DNA of 64,000 bases from Victivallaceae bacterium (GTDB lineage Bacteria; Verrucomicrobiota; Lentisphaeria; Victivallales; Victivallaceae), in NCBI GenBank assembly GCA_963664605.1, contig OY761536.1, positions 231,242 to 295,241 of the forward strand, written 5' to 3'. The stretch's first letter is position 1, and each line of letters starts with the position of its first letter. Below the pieces are notes generated by a model, which was not told the DNA's origin, made no database searches, and was given only the letters and a program-made list of their open reading frames with translations. Both the position numbers and the translations under genes were made by a program. Positions 57,405 through 64,000 of the stretch are shown here, in pieces.

Positions 57405-59615
57405 CTAACTAATGCATTTATCCTTTTTATTAGCAGACAAAAATATTATCGTTTTTTTTATTCGTTTAATATACTCATGCCATAACTCTATATCACTGTT
57501 CCCGGGAGATGAAAATTCAAACTGAAATTCATTTGAAATATATTTCTCAAGCAATGAAATATTGCTATTTATTTCTTGCCGCATTTTAGAATTTAGTTTT
57601 CTGGTATTGAAAATATCAGCGATAATTCTTGCAAATTGCATCCCGACATTGAGGCATTTCAACAGATGCCTTATATCCGGCAAAAATATTTTGTTCAAAT
57701 CATCACACTCAAGAGCTTTATTTGTATATCTGATTGCTTTTGTGTTTAACTCCAATATCTTTCGCCATTTGCTTGCTTCTTTGCCAAAATCTAGTTTTTT
57801 TATTTCCTCCAACTTCCAGAAAAGTTGTTGCGATTTGAAAGGATAGAACATTATTGATAACGGAAATTCACCAGCATCGCTTCCCAACAAATTTAATTTA
57901 AAAAGCCATTTTCCAGCTTTAGAACCATACAGATATTTGCAGTATTCAGCCAGGAAGCCATCAGGTGATTTGAATCCTGCCGGCAGATAATGTAAATCTG
58001 TATATTTCCGGTATGACTGTACAGCTTCTTCGTATGTGGGAGCCAAGTCCATTGCCCGCAAACTGTTCCAGGAAAATTCTGAGTTAATCAGTTGCTGTGG
58101 TTCCTGAAACAATATTCCTGAAAAATTAAAAATAGCTGTTGCTCCTGTAAAATAATTGTTTAACACAGGAGCTGCTGAAATCATTGCATTATTTAAATAT
58201 AAATCTGAACCGCTGACCGAAAAAATGAAGATTCCATGCCCATTCCCTTTTGCTTTAAGGCTTTTGGCTAGTTCTTCAATTCGCAGTTGACTATTGTCCA
58301 TGCGCCAGAATTGTTCCCGGAACCCGAGTAGAACATTTTTATTATACTTTAATTCATTACTGATATTAGACCACATCTTGACAATTTTATCCCAGGTTTC
58401 ATCCGAGTTTAAATAATCTCCATAAGCTGGAGACACCAGGATAATCATGCAGTCTCTTTCCGCATCATATCCAGATTGCTTATTTTTCACAGAAAAAACT
58501 GCTTCGCATAATTGGTTCATGCCAAAAGATATTGCACCAGCTCCACCATCCACTTCTTCCAATTTATCGCTTTTCCATTTTTTTCTACATTCCGGGCAGC
58601 GTAATTGCCACATATCACTACCGATTGCGAAATCCGCTATATCTTCATTATGAATATAGAGAGCTCTTGGCTCAATATCTTTTACATATTTTTTCAGTTC
58701 ATATTTTTTCAGTTCATTAAGTTCCTGATTTGAGCGGCATGTACCGTTATATCGAGTTTTTTCTTCCCATTTAAGCCCGCAACACGGATAGAGTTCTCCG
58801 TCAGGATAGCTTCGGCGGTTTTTATCTCCAAGCCCTTTCATGAAACCGCAATTCTCAATACCTGCAGCTTGGGGATTTCGTCCACCGACTCCGATACCAT
58901 GTCCACCGAATATCAATTTTATTCCTCTGGCGGATGCATATTTATTTAGTTGCCGCATATCAGAAGCGTATTCAGGATATTTATTGCTGTTCCACTCAAA
59001 GCCGTCAAAAAATATCATGTTGATTTTATGGCGAAAGCAGAAATTAAGCTTTTCCCGAAACCTTTGCATTAATTTTTCCCTGCCATCTCCCCAGTCATAA
59101 GACCAGCGATCAGCTTCCAGACAGATCAACCAACGGCAAGCAACTCTGTATTCGAAGTCCGGATAGTCACGAATATACAGCTCTGGACATGTAATAGTTC
59201 CGTTTTTTGATTCCAGTAACTGTTTTAGTGTTACAACTGCATATAGTATCCCTGAGATTGCATGAGCTGCCATTACTATTACATTTCTTTGATTCTGGAT
59301 TGATGCAAAAGATCTCAAGATGAATGCCTGATCTGATTTTTGTTTCAATATGAATTGTTTATCTTCTTCTGATAGTAATCCCAATGATTTATTAATCTCT
59401 TCAGGAAATAATATTACGATATTAAAATCAGCTTCTGCGTTGTTTGAGCAAGTGCGAAGACCGGAATCTTCTAATTCCTGATTTATAACAGCTAAGGCAT
59501 CATTAAAATGTTTATGAGCAAAATTAATTCTAAAAGACGGCTTATTGTTACGTGGGGTGAGCATTTTCCCGCTCATTGAATAGCAATATTTGGGAGTTGG
59601 AATAAGTAGTGGCAT
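57405..59615 (-). CDS. Large hypothetical protein with a GH20-like N-terminal/TIM-barrel pattern (uncertain)
   Basis: LIPTPKYCYSMSGKM and IRDYPDFEYRV resemble the GH20 domain-2/catalytic junction. The remainder is unrecognised and includes CPECRKKW. Confidence 0.35.
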   Translation of the reverse strand: MPLLIPTPKYCYSMSGKMLTPRNNKPSFRINFAHKHFNDALAVINQELEDSGLRTCSNNAEADFNIVILFPEEINKSLGLLSEEDKQFILKQKSDQAFILRSFASIQNQRNVIVMAAHAISGILYAVVTLKQLLESKNGTITCPELYIRDYPDFEYRVACRWLICLEADRWSYDWGDGREKLMQRFREKLNFCFRHKINMIFFDGFEWNSNKYPEYASDMRQLNKYASARGIKLIFGGHGIGVGGRNPQAAGIENCGFMKGLGDKNRRSYPDGELYPCCGLKWEEKTRYNGTCRSNQELNELKKYELKKYVKDIEPRALYIHNEDIADFAIGSDMWQLRCPECRKKWKSDKLEEVDGGAGAISFGMNQLCEAVFSVKNKQSGYDAERDCMIILVSPAYGDYLNSDETWDKIVKMWSNISNELKYNKNVLLGFREQFWRMDNSQLRIEELAKSLKAKGNGHGIFIFSVSGSDLYLNNAMISAAPVLNNYFTGATAIFNFSGILFQEPQQLINSEFSWNSLRAMDLAPTYEEAVQSYRKYTDLHYLPAGFKSPDGFLAEYCKYLYGSKAGKWLFKLNLLGSDAGEFPLSIMFYPFKSQQLFWKLEEIKKLDFGKEASKWRKILELNTKAIRYTNKALECDDLNKIFLPDIRHLLKCLNVGMQFARIIADIFNTRKLNSKMRQEINSNISLLEKYISNEFQFEFSSPGNSDIELWHEYIKRIKKTIIFLSANKKDKCIS

Positions 59616-59628
59616 TACATCTTTTCCT

Positions 59629-60798
59629 TTAAATCAATTTATCAAGTCTTATTCCATCTTCAGGAATAAATTTACGCCAATAGGCGACGGAATCTTTAAG
59701 TTTGTTTATAATATCGACTGGCAGCTCTGATGTAACTGAAAATATTTCCAGAGTCAAAAATATATTCTCACATGTTTTTGGCATTGACTTGTGTTCTTTG
59801 CTGTATGATTTAGCCAATGCCTGCAGGACTTTATCCCCTTTTATTATTCCACCTGCATTGTTTTTCTCATTAAAAGCCAAATGAGAAGATGAATCTCCAG
59901 AAGTTTGCTGAAGATGAATTATTGGTGAAAAGCATCCTAATTGCTCCAGCCATTGATAAGGGTCTCCATCTTCATAAGCAGCAAAAAGATAAGGGTATTT
60001 ATCCATTTCAATAACAATATTTTCAATGGAATGTTTTGAGTTTTCGTTTCTTGCAATGCCTTTAAATATTTGCCAGGCAGACCTTGGGCCTATCCAAAAT
60101 CCATCTACCCTTTCTGTATCTCTAAATGTTCGTAAAGCTTCTTTTATCTGAACATAGTTTGGCCGCAAAAATTTGCGCTGTCCGCTTTGGTGTCCAGTAT
60201 CAATAGTTATATAAAAATCTTTACCGCTTTTTGAGTAAACCTGGTTTATCAAGTCTTTCGAACCTGTTATTGTCCATGGTATTTGGTGAGGAGTGTACAT
60301 TTGCTCCACCCCTATAGTGCAAACACCATTTTTTGAAGCATAAACTGATAGTTCTGCCAGGCGAGAATAAAGTTCTTCACGAGCAGTTGAATAAGATTTC
60401 GGAGATCGAAGTAGGCGTTGTGAAAAAGCGTGGCAGAAAAAACCGAGACCTGCATCCAGTTTTGCAGACATGCCTATCATTTTCTCCAGCCACTCCTTTT
60501 GCATCCTATTGCGGATCCTTTCGTCATAATGTGCCAATCCGAGAGTTGAATAGGTTCCGTGTCCGGAATAAAGGTTTATGACTTTTACCCCTGTTTCTTT
60601 TTCCATTCGCTTCACTTCTTCAACCCAATCATCCAGATATTTTTGATCCATATAAAGAGGGTCACATTCATTGTCAGCGCTTGCTTCAACATAATTAATT
60701 CCTATTTTTTGAGCCAGTTTCATCCAACGGGACGGCATCGTCCAGCGCTTGGAGGCAAAACAATTGTCAACGGCAAGATAAATGCGCGGATATTCCAT
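59629..60798 (-). CDS. Xylose isomerase-like TIM-barrel family protein (sugar phosphate isomerase/epimerase-like)
   Basis: INYVEASADN, GVEQMYTP and ITIDTGHQSG blocks. Confidence 0.5.
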   Translation of the reverse strand: MEYPRIYLAVDNCFASKRWTMPSRWMKLAQKIGINYVEASADNECDPLYMDQKYLDDWVEEVKRMEKETGVKVINLYSGHGTYSTLGLAHYDERIRNRMQKEWLEKMIGMSAKLDAGLGFFCHAFSQRLLRSPKSYSTAREELYSRLAELSVYASKNGVCTIGVEQMYTPHQIPWTITGSKDLINQVYSKSGKDFYITIDTGHQSGQRKFLRPNYVQIKEALRTFRDTERVDGFWIGPRSAWQIFKGIARNENSKHSIENIVIEMDKYPYLFAAYEDGDPYQWLEQLGCFSPIIHLQQTSGDSSSHLAFNEKNNAGGIIKGDKVLQALAKSYSKEHKSMPKTCENIFLTLEIFSVTSELPVDIINKLKDSVAYWRKFIPEDGIRLDKLI

Positions 60799-60801
60799 AT
60801 T

Positions 60802-62697
60802 TTAACCCTTGATAGCATTTATTGAGGAATAAACTTGAGGATATTTCAAATTTATAAGAGCCGTCATTGCAGCAAGAGCGCCAGCTCCCCAGTCAAAACC
60901 GGACCGGTGTACAGGGCCGTCTATGCCGCAGTGAGCATAATTTTCAGGAGCAAGCCCAATAGGGTAACAATCATATCTTATTGGATTTGTATCTTTGTGC
61001 TCAGGGTGACATATCAGTGCACAACCAGCCCTGAGGGCGGCAGTGCCGCGTTGCAGGTATTCTTCTTTGCCTGTCAACTTATAAGCCAGGAGATATGTGT
61101 CAGCAAAATAAGCTTGGCGCGTATCGTTCCACTCCCCATCTGTGTTCATCACCCCGAAGCCGCCAAAAGTATAGAGAGAAATATAAGGAGGATTCCATAC
61201 TTGCTGATATAGCGAAAGACGGTCAAGGCAGTGCAAGCCCCATTTTAATAATTCAGTATCTTTAGAAAATGAATATGCTCTCAACAATGTTTCCGTTATC
61301 CAGTAAAGACAAAGGTTGTTTTGCGCATTCTGTTTAGTTCTGTTATCATAAAAATCAAGCGCTTTTTCAGAACATGAAAAGAAAGTTTCAAAATCATGAT
61401 ATTTTGATTCTGGGATGATTTCTTTGATATAAAATTCGCAGGATTTTATTATGGATTTAAGTATTTTCTCATCTTTTCTATTTTCGTAGAACTCGCAAAG
61501 CAATAATGATGCCATCCCGGAATGCCCTGAATATTTCAATAGATTTAGAATATTTCCGTTTTTATCCATATAGCCGGGGAATGCCCCGTTTTCAGCCTGC
61601 AAATCAATATAAGTTTCAGCTGTCTTTTTTACTCTTTCATATAAGCGGGCATCTTTTTCTATATATCTATTCCAGAGCAGCATCCATTGTGCGCTATGAG
61701 CTGGTGTTGTCAGGTTGAAAATGTCCTTTCCTGCACCAAGTCTTGTAACGCCGCACCACCATTCTTTGTTTTCATAGTCATATAGAGCAGGAATTAACCC
61801 ATTATCAAGTATATCCGGCGCTTCAAGAAGTAGTTCTTTCACCTTGTTTGCAGCTTCTGAATATTCTTGGTTCTGAAATTTTCCAGCATAATATTTCAAG
61901 CCGAAAGCTGTCCTGAAACTATTAAACCATGAATGAAACCATATTGCTTTGGGGGGGACTTTGAAATAACTTGACTCAATGTTTTTTGTGTTTTTAGCTG
62001 AACCAGTATTAAACCCGCCAGCATTTTTTCCTTTGAGAGTTTTGAATTCCACAAAGTCACCTGTCCCAAGCGCGCTTTTATAAGCCATGTCAGCATATTC
62101 ATCAAGGGAAAGTTTCTGTGGTAATGTAGAATCTTTGTATTTTGAAGCATATTTATTCCAAAGAAAAGATAGCGTTCTGCTTATGTCCATCGGGTCGTCA
62201 ACATCATTACTGCTAAGAATATAATAACTTAATTTCAACACATGACCTTTAGAGAATTTGAGAGCTTTGCCAGTCAAACGGTAATACACATGGGGCCTGC
62301 ATTCATAATCAGCAAAACCGATTGAAGCTTTGCTGCTGTTCAGACTCATGAACATTTTTATTTGCTCTCTTTGTTCGCCCAGGGTTTCAAGATCGGGGAT
62401 TAAAGAAAAGGAGCTTGTATTGTTTTGTAGTATAATTGCCGGACTCCTGAATGCATGGTCGCCTATGACATCGCCATCTTCCGGACAAAGAGCCGGCGTC
62501 CATATATATTCAGGATTTGCTATTTTTGTATTCAGGGTTTCAAAAAAATGTATAAGTTCTGAATCTTCCAGAAAAATTACTTTAGAATCTACTTTTGTAA
62601 CATTTCCATATTCTGATATTTTTCGCGAGTGGGAGATCTGCCCACTCGCGAGTTTAATGTCCGGTTCCGAACAAAGTTGCACAACAACATTATTCAT
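60802..62697 (-). CDS. Hypothetical 631-aa protein, possibly an (alpha/alpha)6-toroid glycan-processing enzyme
   Basis: Helix-pair-like repeats with aromatic/Gly blocks (ENGAFPGYMD, GHSGMASLLLCEFY, FGGFGVMNTDGEWND). No firm family assignment. Confidence 0.35.
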   Translation of the reverse strand: MNNVVVQLCSEPDIKLASGQISHSRKISEYGNVTKVDSKVIFLEDSELIHFFETLNTKIANPEYIWTPALCPEDGDVIGDHAFRSPAIILQNNTSSFSLIPDLETLGEQREQIKMFMSLNSSKASIGFADYECRPHVYYRLTGKALKFSKGHVLKLSYYILSSNDVDDPMDISRTLSFLWNKYASKYKDSTLPQKLSLDEYADMAYKSALGTGDFVEFKTLKGKNAGGFNTGSAKNTKNIESSYFKVPPKAIWFHSWFNSFRTAFGLKYYAGKFQNQEYSEAANKVKELLLEAPDILDNGLIPALYDYENKEWWCGVTRLGAGKDIFNLTTPAHSAQWMLLWNRYIEKDARLYERVKKTAETYIDLQAENGAFPGYMDKNGNILNLLKYSGHSGMASLLLCEFYENRKDEKILKSIIKSCEFYIKEIIPESKYHDFETFFSCSEKALDFYDNRTKQNAQNNLCLYWITETLLRAYSFSKDTELLKWGLHCLDRLSLYQQVWNPPYISLYTFGGFGVMNTDGEWNDTRQAYFADTYLLAYKLTGKEEYLQRGTAALRAGCALICHPEHKDTNPIRYDCYPIGLAPENYAHCGIDGPVHRSGFDWGAGALAAMTALINLKYPQVYSSINAIKG

Positions 62698-62743
62698 TTT
62701 ATTAGATATTCTTAAAAATAGATTTTAATAATGTTTTTATCCA

Positions 62744-64000
62744 TTATTTGATTATACGGCCGGAACCTGAATTATACAACTCCAGAATTTCATCCTGGGT
62801 CAAAACCCGATTCCAAATACAGACTTCATCCATATTACAATTTCTGTATGCGGGGAAGGTCAGCTTTGTTGTGTTGCTGATGTCGTCAATATCTGCTGTT
62901 CCTTCAGCTTTCTTTACACCATCTATCCAGACTGCGCCAGTGTCAGAGCCGGTTGCGTTATTTTGGAATGTCCAGACTGCTAAATGCCAGCTGCCGTCAT
63001 TAATTGTTCCACCTGCAGTACTGTTTATACTTATGGTGTTTCCATTATCCCCATGAACTACAAGGTATATTCTGCCGCCATTCATTGTTAACTGATAATA
63101 ACCGCTTCCGACTTTATATTTATTAAAGAATCTGCCGTAATCACTATCTGTTGTTTTTACCCATGCGGCAAAAGTAAATGAATCAGTACCAAAAGCATAG
63201 GTGCTTCCATCAGGGACTTCAATACAGTCATAAGATGATTGCACAAAGCTTCCTCCGTAAGAACCAAGTTTAGCCGCGCCGCTTGTAGTGCAGGCATCAT
63301 ATTTAGAGGTGGCATGATTATCGTAACCGGAACTGTCAATTACTTCACCTGCTGTGCCGTCCCATTCCTCCTCAAACCGGTAATAACCGATCAGATTATA
63401 AATCAGGCTTGTATATTCGGTTGGACCAATATCCGGAGTATTAATAATGGGAAATCCATTAATATCTTCTGTCAACCCTACATCAGTTCCGGCATTAATA
63501 CAAGGGGAGCTTGGATCAAGAGTAAAATCTTCATTATCCGGGTCGTTTAGTAATGGATCACTGGTAAGTGAATTAGCATCGACAACTCCGCCCGCAGTAT
63601 TATTCCCGGAAGTAATTATTGCAGCTTGTGCCGTCTTCCAGTCGGCAAAATCAGCGCTGGTGTTAGACGCTCCGGCATCAGGTTCAATGATATAAAACAA
63701 TCCTGTTTCATCGGGGTGGTAAAGGTTATTATCACATTCAAAACTGTAACTGATGGAGCCGCCGCAACTTTGATAAAAATAAATATGTTTTTCTCTTGGG
63801 TCAAGTGAAATATTGTTTTTAAAATCAACGCTTGCGCCGTCTGTACGCTGACCGCTGAATTTATAACTTATGGTACAATTTATAACCAGGTTATTATAGA
63901 TCTCGGCAATTTCTTTTCTGGAAGAAAAAATACCAACGCCCTGGGCATAGCCTGTTCCTACAGAGTCCATAATCACATTGCCGGCTATAAGTAGATCGCC
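62744..64000 (-). CDS. Secreted beta-helix plus LamG (Laminin_G_3/concanavalin-like) domain protein; the 5' end runs off the window
   Basis: The frame stays open upstream of the GTG at 63976 (GDLLIAGNVIMDS). YYRFEEEWDGTAGEVIDSSGYDNHAT ... FTFAAWVKT ... MDEVCIWNRVLTQDEI is a typical LamG_3 pattern. Confidence 0.65.
   Translation of the reverse strand, partial: GDLLIAGNVIMDSVGTGYAQGVGIFSSRKEIAEIYNNLVINCTISYKFSGQRTDGASVDFKNNISLDPREKHIYFYQSCGGSISYSFECDNNLYHPDETGLFYIIEPDAGASNTSADFADWKTAQAAIITSGNNTAGGVVDANSLTSDPLLNDPDNEDFTLDPSSPCINAGTDVGLTEDINGFPIINTPDIGPTEYTSLIYNLIGYYRFEEEWDGTAGEVIDSSGYDNHATSKYDACTTSGAAKLGSYGGSFVQSSYDCIEVPDGSTYAFGTDSFTFAAWVKTTDSDYGRFFNKYKVGSGYYQLTMNGGRIYLVVHGDNGNTISINSTAGGTINDGSWHLAVWTFQNNATGSDTGAVWIDGVKKAEGTADIDDISNTTKLTFPAYRNCNMDEVCIWNRVLTQDEILELYNSGSGRIIK

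Noticed and set aside
1-64000. A scan for CRISPR arrays, rRNA/tRNA genes, IS elements, integrases, retron/DGR reverse transcriptases and toxin-antitoxin pairs.
   Set aside because: No regularly spaced direct repeats, no RNA-gene signatures in the intergenic regions and no ORF with transposase, integrase or RT motifs were seen. Absence is by eye only and should be confirmed with tRNAscan-SE, Infernal, ISEScan and DefenseFinder.

Overview
This is a gene-dense 64-kb chromosomal window of low-to-moderate GC. By eye I found no rRNA, tRNA, CRISPR array, transposase or integrase. The gene content includes an H-X9-DG prepilin-like protein, three S1 sulfatases, several very large secreted CAZyme-like proteins and LacI/AraC regulators. 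This suggests a PVC-superphylum glycan degrader (Lentisphaerota/Kiritimatiellota-like), which is inference only. Layout: (1) 0-2.8 kb holds a 5'-truncated PqqD-like/M50 protease/HlyD fusion plus a CBM9-like lipoprotein. (2) 2.9-5 kb is an oxidative-stress cluster with hemerythrin, Ni-superoxide dismutase, a STAS-like protein and YaiI. (3) 6.1-11.1 kb is a CoA-binding/ArsR/RND permease/MFP operon. (4) 11.3-16.3 kb holds a DUF3604-like protein, a ceramidase-like protein, AraC and a DegT aminotransferase. (5) 16.5-25.7 kb is housekeeping: nitroreductase, cspA, a GH63-like hydrolase, a PHP protein, ptsH-ptsI, HAD and rmuC. (6) 25.9-29.0 kb is an AT-rich insert of four uncharacterised genes between rmuC and dprA. 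(7) 29.3-34.3 kb holds dprA-aroB and lysC-hom. (8) 35.4-64 kb is a large sulfated-glycan utilisation locus with LacI, two ADP-ribosylglycohydrolase paralogs, a pseudopilin, multidomain hydrolases, three sulfatases (one fused to a GH78-like rhamnosidase), a sialate O-acetylesterase and unknown large proteins. The best candidate for something undescribed is the 25.9-28.2 kb operon. It encodes two distantly paralogous beta-rich proteins that look tail-tube-like, one with an added terminator-like domain, plus an all-helical protein. The first two genes are each preceded by a near-identical ~80-nt leader carrying CACGAA and three tandem 9-nt TTCGYG units next to the RBS. All functional calls rest on motif recognition by eye, since no database searches were run.
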